A stretch of DNA of 64,000 bases from Chloroflexota bacterium (GTDB lineage: Bacteria; Chloroflexota; Anaerolineae; Anaerolineales; Villigracilaceae). Below are positions 1-9,180 of this stretch, piece by piece. The notes beneath the pieces were generated by a model. That model ran no database searches and was not told where the DNA came from. It saw only the letters and a list, made by a program, of their open reading frames with translations. Location: assembly GCA_016223135.1 (NCBI GenBank), contig JACRPQ010000005.1:176873-240872 (forward strand), read 5' to 3'. Within the stretch, counting starts at the first letter, position 1; each line of letters begins with the position of its first letter. The position numbers and the translations under genes are program-made.

Positions 1-59
1 CGAAGGTTTTGGTAAAAATCAATGCCGAACTCAAGGAACCTTCGGGACGTTCTGCGTAA
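1..59 (+). CDS. Possible 3' end of an upstream gene (KVLVKINAELKEPSGRSA*)
   Basis: Open frame from nt 3 to TAA at 57-59, just upstream of the ABC ATPase RBS (GAGGAG). Too short to identify. Confidence 0.3.
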   Translation, partial: KVLVKINAELKEPSGRSA

Positions 60-96
60 GGTGAGTTATTAAGTCTGCTGTCGAGAGGAGTTTGCC

Positions 97-1155
97 ATGT
101 CCCAATTTGCTGTCGAAGCCTGTCAACTTGTCAAGAAGTTCCCTGCCCGCCCGGGGACGGGGGATAAGCCTCTTGAAGGCGAACCAGCCTCCAGTCAAAA
201 AAAGAAGCGCTGGTTATTTGGAAAGAAAGAACCCAAAGCCATGTTCACCGCCGTCAACGGTGTGGATTTGCAAATCCAATACGGCGAAATCTTCGGCTTG
301 CTGGGACCCAATGGCGCCGGCAAATCCACCACCATCCGCATGTTGTGTACGTTGCTCGAACCCACCAGCGGCACGGCGCACATCAACGGGTACGATATTG
401 TGAAGCAGGCAAACGACGTACGGCGCAGTCTCGGCACGGTGCTGGCGGGTGAACGCAGTATTTATTGGAAGTTAACCGGGCGCGAGAACCTGGAATATTT
501 CGCGGCGCTCTATCACATCCCCCCTGCGATTGCAAAGAAGCGCGTAGACGAACTCATCGAGCGGATGGAACTCAAGGACCGCGCCAATGAGCTCGTCGAA
601 AAATACTCAACGGGGATGCGCCAACGGGTCGCCATCGCCAAAGCCTTGCTTGCCCGCCCGCCCATTCTTTTGCTGGACGAACCCACGCTCGGTCTGGACC
701 CTCAGGCTGCCCGCAACTTACGGGAACTGATCGCCCAACTCAAGCAGGAGGGACACACCATCCTGCTGACGACGCACTACATGGAAGAAGCGGATCAACT
801 CTCCGACCGTATCGGCATCATCGACGCCGGCAAAATCATTGCCCTCGATACTCCCGAGGCACTCAAGCGCCGCATTGACCGAAAAGAGATTATCCGCCTC
901 GAGGTCAGCGGCTGGCAGGACTACATCGGCGAAAAACTGCGTGCCATGCGCGAAGTGGAAAGCCTGGTTGCGCGCCGGCAGGGCGAAACCGACCTGTGGG
1001 AAGTGAACCTGCAGGCAACAGACAGCCGTGTTGTGCTGCCCAAACTCATGGAAAGCATCAGCCAAAACGGTACACAGCTGGTTAACATGAACATCGTCAA
1101 ACCCTCCCTGGAAGACGTGTTCATCCATCTGACGGGCAAGGCATTGCGCGATTAG
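97..1155 (+). CDS. ABC transporter ATP-binding protein (DrrA/NodI-like)
   Basis: Walker A GPNGAGKST, signature YSTGMRQR, Walker B LLLDEP, H-loop TTHYMEEAD; RBS GAGGAG. Confidence 0.95.
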   Translation: MSQFAVEACQLVKKFPARPGTGDKPLEGEPASSQKKKRWLFGKKEPKAMFTAVNGVDLQIQYGEIFGLLGPNGAGKSTTIRMLCTLLEPTSGTAHINGYDIVKQANDVRRSLGTVLAGERSIYWKLTGRENLEYFAALYHIPPAIAKKRVDELIERMELKDRANELVEKYSTGMRQRVAIAKALLARPPILLLDEPTLGLDPQAARNLRELIAQLKQEGHTILLTTHYMEEADQLSDRIGIIDAGKIIALDTPEALKRRIDRKEIIRLEVSGWQDYIGEKLRAMREVESLVARRQGETDLWEVNLQATDSRVVLPKLMESISQNGTQLVNMNIVKPSLEDVFIHLTGKALRD

Positions 1156-1163
1156 GAGCCGCG

Positions 1164-2033
1164 ATGGAAACAACCTTCATTCCCCGTTCGCTGGGTCAAC
1201 CGGGTTTTCTCTCGGAGGTACGCGCCTTCCTGGCGGTCAGCCGCCGCGAATGGATAATCTTCACACGTTACCCCAGTTGGATTATTGCGCTGTTCATCTG
1301 GCCCCTCATCTTTCCGATGATGTATATCCTAACGGCGCGCGCGTTGTCGGGTCCCGATGGAAGCGGATTGGCGGTCTTCATCGCCACCACCGGCGCGACA
1401 GATTACATTGGCTACATCATCGTCGGCACTACGGTCTGGATGTGGCAGAACATCGTGTTATGGGACGTGGGGTTTGCGCTCCGCAACGAACAAATGCGCG
1501 GCACGCTCGAATCCAACTGGCTCACCCCCACATGGAGATTTTCCTACCTGCTCGGGCAAACGGGACCTCAAATCATCTCGATGGCAATGTTTGTCGGCAT
1601 CACGGCGCTGGAATTTGGTCTCCTCTTCGGCGTCCGCTTGAACGGCAGTCCCTGGATGATTGGGCTGATGATGCTGGCGGCGATTCCCGCTATTTACGGA
1701 TTGGGGTTTGCGTTCGCCAGTCTCGTTATCACGGTGAAGGAAGCGAATGCTTTTGTCTTCCTCATTCGCGGCATGGTGATGATCTTCTGCGGTATCACCT
1801 TTCCGGTTGCCATTCTGCCCGGCTGGATGCAATCCTTCGCCAAATGGCTCCCGCAAACTTACCTGATTCACGGAATGCGCGCCGCGGCGTTCACGAATGC
1901 GGGCATCAAAGAACTATTGCCAGACTTGCTCCCCCTGCTTTCCTTTGGCGCATTCTGGCTCGCCGTCGGCTATTTCACATTTTTATGGCTGGAACGCCGC
2001 GCCCGCAAGACCGGCGCGATTGGACAGTATTAA
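1164..2033 (+). CDS. ABC-2 type permease
   Basis: About 6 hydrophobic helices, E..RGTLE..WLTP motif, WLPQTY; follows the ATPase. Confidence 0.9.
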   Translation: METTFIPRSLGQPGFLSEVRAFLAVSRREWIIFTRYPSWIIALFIWPLIFPMMYILTARALSGPDGSGLAVFIATTGATDYIGYIIVGTTVWMWQNIVLWDVGFALRNEQMRGTLESNWLTPTWRFSYLLGQTGPQIISMAMFVGITALEFGLLFGVRLNGSPWMIGLMMLAAIPAIYGLGFAFASLVITVKEANAFVFLIRGMVMIFCGITFPVAILPGWMQSFAKWLPQTYLIHGMRAAAFTNAGIKELLPDLLPLLSFGAFWLAVGYFTFLWLERRARKTGAIGQY

Positions 2034-2118
2034 TGATCTCGATATGGTGGTGGTCGAGTAACGCGGCAGGATGTATCGAGATCATGCCGCCTACGCGACC
2101 ATCGAAGGACTTTTACTC

Positions 2119-2970
2119 ATGCAACTCAGCACCCTCTCACAACCCAGCCTCAAAACCTACCTGCGGGCTTTGTTCGTCATCGCCCGCAAGGATTGGAAAG
2201 TCTTTTGGCGCTACCCGTTGAACGCACTCTCCAGCGTGTTTCAGCCCATCATCTGGATCACCCCGGTGTATTTCATGGGCAAAGCCTTCAGCACGAACGG
2301 ACAAGCCGCCGGCTTCGCCGCCTACAGCGGTACCGGCGACTATATGTCCTACATTCTTGTCGGCACGGTGCTGTCCAACTTCATCATGACCGTGTTCTGG
2401 GGCATGGGCTACGCCCTCAAAAACGATATGGATGCCGGCGTGCTCGAATCCAACTGGCTGACGCCCATTCCCCGCCTGCTCATCCTCGTCGGTCGCACGC
2501 TGACCAGCATCCTGACCACCACTATCACCTCCGCAACCATGCTCATTCTGGCGAGTTTGCTTTTCGGTTTCAAACCGACAGGCAGCACGTTTGCCGCTCT
2601 CCTCACTGCCATCCCAATGCTGGTCGGTTTGTACGGCTTTGGCTTTGCCTTTGCCGGCATCGTATTGTTGATGCGGGAAGCGAACACACTGGTGGACGTG
2701 GGCAGTTTCCTCGTCCAGGGCTTCTCCGGGACGAACTTCCCGATCCAATCCCTGCCCTACTGGCTGATCCCCATTTCGCTCATGCTCCCGCTGACGTATG
2801 GTCTCGATGCCGTGCGCGGCCTCCTGCTCAAGACCAACACCCTCCTGCCCATTTCCACAGAGATTGCCATCCTCCTCTTCTCCATGTTCGTAATGCTGTG
2901 GATCGGAGCGCAGATCTTCCACCGCGTCGAACGCAAAGTTCGCACGCTGGGGACGCTGGGACAACACTAA
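2119..2970 (+). CDS. ABC-2 type permease (second paralog)
   Basis: GVLESNWLTP and LPLTYGLDAVR motifs. Start moved to ATG 2119 behind GAAGGA. Confidence 0.9.
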   Translation: MQLSTLSQPSLKTYLRALFVIARKDWKVFWRYPLNALSSVFQPIIWITPVYFMGKAFSTNGQAAGFAAYSGTGDYMSYILVGTVLSNFIMTVFWGMGYALKNDMDAGVLESNWLTPIPRLLILVGRTLTSILTTTITSATMLILASLLFGFKPTGSTFAALLTAIPMLVGLYGFGFAFAGIVLLMREANTLVDVGSFLVQGFSGTNFPIQSLPYWLIPISLMLPLTYGLDAVRGLLLKTNTLLPISTEIAILLFSMFVMLWIGAQIFHRVERKVRTLGTLGQH

Positions 2971-3058
2971 AGATCGAATCGCGGTGGGTTCTCATCTACC
3001 TCTGTACAAATTAGAACATGCGTGCTATGATGCGCCTTCCCCACACGAAAGGACTTGA

Positions 3059-4324
3059 ATGTTGACCCGCATCAAACATATTTATCATGAGTTTCCGCGC
3101 CTGTTCTGGGTGGTGGTCGTCGTCAGTTTTATAGACCGCATTGGCGGCACCCTGCTCTTCCCCTTCTTTGCGCTCTACATCACGCAGAAATTCAACGTCG
3201 GCATGACACAGGCAGGCATCCTATTGGGAATGTCTTCGTTGTTTGGGCTGCTTGGATCAACCGTTGGCGGAGCGCTGACCGACAAATTTGGGCGAAAGCG
3301 CCTCATCCTCTTCGGGCTGGTCTTCAGCGCCATCAGCGCGCTGACCTTTGGGCTGGTCAACGACCTCAACGCCCTGTATCCGATCATGATCGTCGTCGGC
3401 TTGCTCTCGAGTGTGGCACACCCTGCCCATGATGCGATGATTGCAGACATTCTGCCCGAACACCAGCGCCAGGAGGGTTTTGGCATCCTGCGCGTGGTCA
3501 GCAACCTCTCCTGGATGATCGGACCCACCATCGGCGGCATCGTGGCGAATATCAACTTCTTCTACCTGTTCGTGATTGATGCCGTCATCAGTTGTCTGGT
3601 TGCCGCCCTCATCTTCCGCGCCATCCCCGAAACAAAACCCGAACCCCACGCCCATGCCGCCAGTGAATCGCTCTGGCAGACTGTGAGCGGCTACCGCATC
3701 GTGCTGAGAGACGCTGCCTTCATGGCGTTTATGGTGGCGGGCATGCTCATGCTGATTGTGTACCAGCAGATGTACAGCACGCTCTCCGTCTATCTGCGCG
3801 ACAACCACGGCACATCCCCCAGCGGCTACGGCTTTTTGATGACCACCAGCGCCATCACGGTAGTGCTCTTCCAATTCTGGGTCTCGCGCCTCATCAAACG
3901 CCGCCCGCCTTTTCTGATGATGGCGTTCGGCACACTTTTCTACCTGATTGGCTTCACGTTGTTCGGCATTGTCACCGCCTATATTCTCTTCGTGCTCAAC
4001 ATCGTCATCATCACCATCGGCGAGATGATCCTCGTGCCGACCAGCCAGGCAATTGCTACAAACTTTGCCCCTCAAGCCATGCGCGGACGCTACATGGCAA
4101 TCTTCGGACTCTCCTGGGCGATTCCTTCCACCATCGGACCGGCCGCAGCAGGCTACATCCTCGACAACTTCAACCCCAATTTGCTTTGGTTTCTTGGCGG
4201 ACTCTTATGCGGACTTTCTGCGCTCGCCTATTACGCCCTTCACTTGCGCTTCAAGTCCCGACCTGAATTTACTCCCCCCAAAGAAGCCATATCCTCTCTC
4301 CCTAACTTGACTCTGCCTGAATAA
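3059..4324 (+). CDS. MFS transporter
   Basis: MFS motif A GGALTDKFGRKR, about 12 TM helices, MRGRYM in the second half. Confidence 0.92.
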   Translation: MLTRIKHIYHEFPRLFWVVVVVSFIDRIGGTLLFPFFALYITQKFNVGMTQAGILLGMSSLFGLLGSTVGGALTDKFGRKRLILFGLVFSAISALTFGLVNDLNALYPIMIVVGLLSSVAHPAHDAMIADILPEHQRQEGFGILRVVSNLSWMIGPTIGGIVANINFFYLFVIDAVISCLVAALIFRAIPETKPEPHAHAASESLWQTVSGYRIVLRDAAFMAFMVAGMLMLIVYQQMYSTLSVYLRDNHGTSPSGYGFLMTTSAITVVLFQFWVSRLIKRRPPFLMMAFGTLFYLIGFTLFGIVTAYILFVLNIVIITIGEMILVPTSQAIATNFAPQAMRGRYMAIFGLSWAIPSTIGPAAAGYILDNFNPNLLWFLGGLLCGLSALAYYALHLRFKSRPEFTPPKEAISSLPNLTLPE

Positions 4325-4350
4325 CTGATGTTACGCAGTTTCTTCGTAGT

Positions 4351-4416
4351 GCGACATTTATGTCGCCTGAAAACGCGAGATACCCTTCGGCAGGCTCAGG
4401 GCAAGAATCTCGCGTT
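4351..4416. repeat. Composite REP-like palindromes
   Basis: GCGACATTTATGTCGC (4351-4366). Stem AACGCGAGAT/ATCTCGCGTT (4372-4381/4407-4416) encloses CCCTTCGGCAGGCTCAGGGCAAG (4383-4405). Confidence 0.7.
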
Positions 4417-4488
4417 ACCGCGTCAGGTGAGTGAATAACTCACTTTGCCGGGGGCTAAAAAGATTTCCGAAAGCTACGCAAAAATTCA

Positions 4489-4516
4489 TTGACATATCTC
4501 CAAACAAGAGTACAAT
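4489..4516 (+). promoter_or_regulatory. Sigma70-type promoter for the S8 protease
   Basis: TTGACA-N16-TACAAT about 100 nt upstream of the start codon. Confidence 0.7.
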
Positions 4517-4615
4517 CCGTCCATTCAAAACGCCAACAATGCCCCATACCAACCTTGTGCAAAACGCTGACCTAAGTCGGCGTTTTATAATACCAACCCC
4601 CAGAGGAGAGTGAGT

Positions 4616-7423
4616 ATGAGTAAGGCATTTCGTTATTTGTTTTCTGCTGTTGTCATCATGACCTTGCTGCTCGGGTCCATGGCAATGGCGCCAGCCGCGC
4701 GTTCAGATGCCTCGGTGCATTTGAAGAGCGGCTCTTTTATTCCCGCGCAAAGCAATCCTGCGGCAGGGAGTCAAAAGTATTACATCGTTCAACTCGCCGG
4801 CCCGGTCCAACAGGCGTGGAAGGATGCGCTCGCCGCCGAAGGTGCGGAAATCCTCTATTACCTGCCGGACTTCGCCTTCAAAGTGCGGATGAACCCCTCC
4901 ATCGCCAGCCGCGTGGCGAAGTTAAACTTCGTCAGCGGGGTGACTGCCTATCGGCCGGAATTCAAGTTCGGGTCCAGCCTGACGCGTGACGGTCAAGTAC
5001 GCCTGTACCGTGTCCGCATCGAGCGCGGCGCCGACTTTGGTCTTGTTCGTTCTTTAGTCGCTCAAAGCGGGGCGCAGGTGGTCGGTTTCGATAATGACAT
5101 CCTGGTTGTCGCCGCCAACAGCGCCCTTGTGGATGCCCTCGCCCAAGTGGATGATGTTGCATCCATCAGCAATTTTGTGATGTACGAAACCTTTGCCGCT
5201 CCTGCCGCTCCCAAGTCCAATGACTATGCCGTGACCAACATCATCGGCGCGGCAGCGGCGCACGCGCGCGGCTATAACGGCTCCACCCAAATCGTCGGTG
5301 TGGCAGATACGGGTCTCGGCGGCGGCACTCCCACCACCGCCCATCGCGACATCAACGGACGCGTCGCTGCCATCTACAACTGGCGCGGCGTGGACGATAG
5401 CTGCTGGACCATCACCGACGATGGCGCCGTGGACGTGGACTCCGGTCACGGCACGCATACCGCCGGCTCAGTATTGAGCGCAGGCGCGCCGAATGGCATT
5501 GGCAAAGGCTCTGCCCCTGCCGCGCAGTTGGTCTTCCAGGCAGTCGAAAACTGGGCGACCATGAAAGGCATCTGCGCCCTCTATTACCCCAACGGCTACT
5601 ACTTAACCGGTCTGCCCTCGGACCTCAATCAGTTGTACCAGCAGGCATATAACGCCGGCGCGCGCATCCACAGTAACTCGTGGGGTTCCGCCGCCGCAGG
5701 CGATTACACCGTCGAGTCCGTCCAGTCCGACACCTTCATCTGGAACAACCGCGACATGCTCATCACCTTCTCGGCGGGCAATGAAGGCACGGACGCCAAC
5801 AGCGACGGCGTGATTGACAGCGACTCGATGGGCTCACCCGCCACCGCCAAGAACGTCCTGACCGTGGGCGCGAGCGAAAACCAACGCAGCGACGGCTACC
5901 CCTGCGACACCAGTCTTTCCTACACCGCCTGCGCTTCGCAGGGCGGCGTCAACAACATCTTCACGTGGGGCGCGGCGTGGCCCTCCGATTATCCCGCCAA
6001 CCCCATCAAGGATGACGTTTCCGCCAACAACGCCGGGCAAATGGCGGCATTCTCCAGCCGCGGACCGACCGACGACAACCGCATCAAACCGGACGTGGTC
6101 GCCCCCGGCTCGTGGATTCTCTCCACCTACTCGGACATGTACCAGCAAGGCTACGACGCCTCGCCGAACCCCAAAAACAACGCCTGGCAATACGACGGCT
6201 ACGGCTTCCCGTATGACCAGTACTACAAATACCTGAGCGGCACGTCCATGTCCAACCCCCTGACGGCGGGCGGCGCGGCAGTCGTCAAGGATTACTACAA
6301 CAAGGCATACAGCGTCAACGCCACCGCGGCGCTTGTCAAAGCCACCCTCATCAACTCCGCCGTGGATATGCTCGACGAAAACAACGACGGCGTGAACGAC
6401 AACGACTTCCCCATCCCCAACGTCCACGAAGGCTGGGGACGCATCAACCTCGACGCGGCGACCGACGGGACGATTCAGTTCGTGGATGAAGGCACAGGCT
6501 TGAGCACCGGCGGAAGCGCCGCCTTCAGCGTGACCACCACCGGCGGACCGCTCAAAGTCACCCTGGTGTGGACCGACTATCCCTCCACCGACACCGCCGC
6601 CATCAACCTCGTCAACGACCTCGACCTCACCGTCAGCGGACCCAGCGGCGCGTTCCTCGGCAACGTCTTCTCCGGCGGTTGGAGCGCAACAGGCGGTTCG
6701 GCAGACCGGCGCAACAACGTCGAGAACGTTTACATCCAAAACCCCGCGGCGGGGACGTACACCATCACGGTCAGCGGTTTCAACATCCCCAACGGACCAC
6801 AGAAATTCGCCCTCGTGGTGGACGGTGGAACGCTCGGCTCTGCACCTACGCCGACGCCTGCTCCCACCAGCACGCCCACCAGCACCCCTGCGCCTACCAC
6901 CAGCACCGGCTACCTCTCGCCCTCCGCCAATGCCGCGGTGACTTCCGGCTCGGGTGACAACAACGGCTACGAAAGCAGCCCCGCCAACGCCTATGCCAAT
7001 GATGGCGCTGTGGCAACCGACCTCAACAGCGGCACTGGCACCAGCACCACCTACACCAGCACCCAGAAAGACCGCCACGTCTTCTACAACTACGGCTTCA
7101 GCATTCCTTCCGGCGCCACCATCACCGGCATCGAGGTCCGCGTGGATGCCCGCGCCGATAAAGCCTCCGGCACCCGCCAGATTTACGTCCAATTCTCGTG
7201 GGATGGAGGCGTCACTTGGACCACCGCCCTCAGCACCCCCAACCTGGGCACCAGCGAAGCCACCTACATCCTCGGCGGAACCACCAACACCTGGGGACGC
7301 ACCTGGAGCGCCAGCGACTTCAGCAACGCCAACTTCCGCGTGCGCGTCATTGACGTCTCCAGCAACAATGCCCGCGACTTCTACCTCGACTGGATTGCCG
7401 TCAACGTGACGTACCAGCCATAG
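4616..7423 (+). CDS. Secreted S8 (subtilisin, KP-43-like) serine protease with C-terminal extra domains
   Basis: Signal peptide; catalytic triad motifs VADTGL, HGTHTAGS, GTSMS; DLDL...NNVE domain; PT-rich linker; RBS GAGGAG favours ATG 4616. Confidence 0.92.
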   Translation: MSKAFRYLFSAVVIMTLLLGSMAMAPAARSDASVHLKSGSFIPAQSNPAAGSQKYYIVQLAGPVQQAWKDALAAEGAEILYYLPDFAFKVRMNPSIASRVAKLNFVSGVTAYRPEFKFGSSLTRDGQVRLYRVRIERGADFGLVRSLVAQSGAQVVGFDNDILVVAANSALVDALAQVDDVASISNFVMYETFAAPAAPKSNDYAVTNIIGAAAAHARGYNGSTQIVGVADTGLGGGTPTTAHRDINGRVAAIYNWRGVDDSCWTITDDGAVDVDSGHGTHTAGSVLSAGAPNGIGKGSAPAAQLVFQAVENWATMKGICALYYPNGYYLTGLPSDLNQLYQQAYNAGARIHSNSWGSAAAGDYTVESVQSDTFIWNNRDMLITFSAGNEGTDANSDGVIDSDSMGSPATAKNVLTVGASENQRSDGYPCDTSLSYTACASQGGVNNIFTWGAAWPSDYPANPIKDDVSANNAGQMAAFSSRGPTDDNRIKPDVVAPGSWILSTYSDMYQQGYDASPNPKNNAWQYDGYGFPYDQYYKYLSGTSMSNPLTAGGAAVVKDYYNKAYSVNATAALVKATLINSAVDMLDENNDGVNDNDFPIPNVHEGWGRINLDAATDGTIQFVDEGTGLSTGGSAAFSVTTTGGPLKVTLVWTDYPSTDTAAINLVNDLDLTVSGPSGAFLGNVFSGGWSATGGSADRRNNVENVYIQNPAAGTYTITVSGFNIPNGPQKFALVVDGGTLGSAPTPTPAPTSTPTSTPAPTTSTGYLSPSANAAVTSGSGDNNGYESSPANAYANDGAVATDLNSGTGTSTTYTSTQKDRHVFYNYGFSIPSGATITGIEVRVDARADKASGTRQIYVQFSWDGGVTWTTALSTPNLGTSEATYILGGTTNTWGRTWSASDFSNANFRVRVIDVSSNNARDFYLDWIAVNVTYQP

Positions 7424-7437
7424 GAAGATCACTGCAA

Positions 7438-7487
7438 CAAACAAAAAGATGGATGTGGAGGAAACTCCGCATCCATCTTTTTGTTTG
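7438..7487 (+). terminator. Intrinsic terminator, probably bidirectional
   Basis: Long stem CAAACAAAAAGATGGATGTGGAG / CTCCGCATCCATCTTTTTGTTTG with GAAA loop between convergent genes. Confidence 0.8.
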
Positions 7488-7632
7488 ACATCACAGCGCT
7501 TCGGACTTAACCGAAACCTGCCTCCGTCCGAATCGCCTTCGTCTCGCCTCAACCGCTTCCCCCTACCGATAACTGATCACTGATCACTGATCTCTTGCCT
7601 TCTTCGCCTTGGCGTTTGTTCTTCAATTCATC

Positions 7633-8121
7633 CTAATGATGATGCCCGCCCGAATGGACGTGACCATGCGTCAGTTCTTCCTCCGTCGGCTCGCGTAGAC
7701 CCACAACCTTCACCTTGAAGTGAAGTTCATCGCCCGCCAACGGATGATTGAAGTTGAGGCGCACCAAATCGCCCTCGATGGACTCGATACGGGCATAACG
7801 ACCCTGTCCACTGTCATCACGAACGGTCAGTTCCAGTCCTTCTTCCACCTGCATATCGCGAGGGAACTGGGCACGCGGCACATCCAGATAAGCTTCCTCA
7901 TCGTACTCGCCATAACCATCCGCCGGGGCAACCACCACCTCGCGGCTCTCGCCCACCTTCATACCAATCATTCCCCTTTCCAAGCCGGGGATGATATTCC
8001 CATACCCTGTCAGAAATTCCAGCGGTCCATGCCCCGCCGAAGAATCCAACAGCTCCCCATCCACATGGAGCGTGTACTCCATCGAAACTACAACGCCGTT
8101 TTGAACCGAATCTTTGTTCAT
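7633..8121 (-). CDS. slyD: FKBP-type peptidyl-prolyl isomerase SlyD
   Basis: IIPGLERGM, AYGE-like GYGEYD, NFNHPLAG, His-rich tail HGHVHSGGHHH. Start set at ATG 8121. Confidence 0.9.
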   Translation of the reverse strand: MNKDSVQNGVVVSMEYTLHVDGELLDSSAGHGPLEFLTGYGNIIPGLERGMIGMKVGESREVVVAPADGYGEYDEEAYLDVPRAQFPRDMQVEEGLELTVRDDSGQGRYARIESIEGDLVRLNFNHPLAGDELHFKVKVVGLREPTEEELTHGHVHSGGHHH

Positions 8122-8249
8122 GATTTTTCCTTTCTTGTTTGTTTGCCCATTGTACCAGCAAGCAATAGACAAGTACACATTTCTCTTTCTGCTTTCTACT
8201 CTCCACTTCCATCCTTCATAATTCATCCTTCATCCTTTACAATGTCCCC

Positions 8250-9134
8250 ATGCACTCCGACCTCTGCCTGCCTTGGTACTGGGAATACGACATTGACTTC
8301 GTCCGCTTTGTCGAACAAGCCTGTCATGAACAGGGATTGACCTTCTGGCAAATCACACCCGAAAACCTGCTCGAATCCATCCAGGCGCTATACACAGGCG
8401 AACACACCTTCAACACCCTGCTCGACCGTTCGCAGGGCGATGACCGCTTCCTGCCTATCAACAACTGGGCAAAGGAACACCACAAACGCCGCATCAACCC
8501 TCCCGAACTCTCCGCTTGGTCGGAAGACAAAGCCACCATGCACCTCGAACTCATCAACGCCGGCATCCACACCCCTTACACCATCATCCTGCCTCCCTTT
8601 CTCGAACAGCCCGTCATCCGTAATCTGGATCTGACCCCGCTTGGAAATCAATTCGTCATCAAACCCTCGCACGGCGGAGGCAGTGCCGGCGTTATACTCG
8701 GCGCGTTCTCTCTCGATCAGGTCTTGCGCGCCCGCATGGAATTTCCGGAGCAAAAATACCTGCTGCAAGCCACCGTCACGCCGCGCACCATTCACGGACG
8801 CCCGGCATGGTTCCGCGTGTTCTATGCGGTTGGCAAGGTTTATCCCTGCTGGTGGCATCCGCTCACGCACGTGTTCTCGATTGTCACTCCCTCCGAGGAA
8901 CACCGTTATGACCTCTCCCCCCTTCATGACATCACCCAACGCATTGCATCCCTCTGCCGCCTCGACTGGTTCACCACCGAAATCGCTCTCACTCACGAAA
9001 ACTTTATCGTTGTGGACTACGTCAACGACCAGATAGATACCCGCATCCAATCCAAGGCAGTGGACGGGGTTCCCGATGAGGTGATGAGGAATGTGGCAAA
9101 GCAGTTGGTTGAATTAGCGAAGGGATATGTGTAA
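8250..9134 (+). CDS. Hypothetical protein with an ATP-grasp-like fold
   Basis: DKATMHLEL, FVIKPSHGGGSAGV, YLLQ, EIAL..VVDYVND resemble ATP-grasp motifs. Confidence 0.6.
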   Translation: MHSDLCLPWYWEYDIDFVRFVEQACHEQGLTFWQITPENLLESIQALYTGEHTFNTLLDRSQGDDRFLPINNWAKEHHKRRINPPELSAWSEDKATMHLELINAGIHTPYTIILPPFLEQPVIRNLDLTPLGNQFVIKPSHGGGSAGVILGAFSLDQVLRARMEFPEQKYLLQATVTPRTIHGRPAWFRVFYAVGKVYPCWWHPLTHVFSIVTPSEEHRYDLSPLHDITQRIASLCRLDWFTTEIALTHENFIVVDYVNDQIDTRIQSKAVDGVPDEVMRNVAKQLVELAKGYV

Positions 9135-9150
9135 TTTGCGCTCTAAAACA

Positions 9151-9176
9151 AAAGCCCCGCGTTGAGGCGGGGCTTT
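9151..9176. terminator. Bidirectional intrinsic terminator
   Basis: AAAGCCCCGC-loop-GCGGGGCTTT between convergent genes. Confidence 0.75.
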
Positions 9177-9180
9177 CCAT

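Noticed and set aside
3012-3027. Weak LexA-like box TAGAAC-ATGC-GTGCTA upstream of the MFS gene
   Set aside because: It has a mismatch in the GTTC core and is too short to support without comparative data.
97-7423. ABC-2, MFS and S8 genes as a bacteriocin export and maturation cluster
   Set aside because: There is no precursor peptide or modification enzyme, and the protease has its own promoter and signal peptide.
5834-7552. 572-aa antisense ORF opposite the S8 protease; similar long shadow ORFs at 9664-11196, 45430-46761, 47379-48716 and 59841-61172
   Set aside because: They lie fully antisense to well-supported genes, carry no recognisable motifs, and are expected from GC-rich codon bias.
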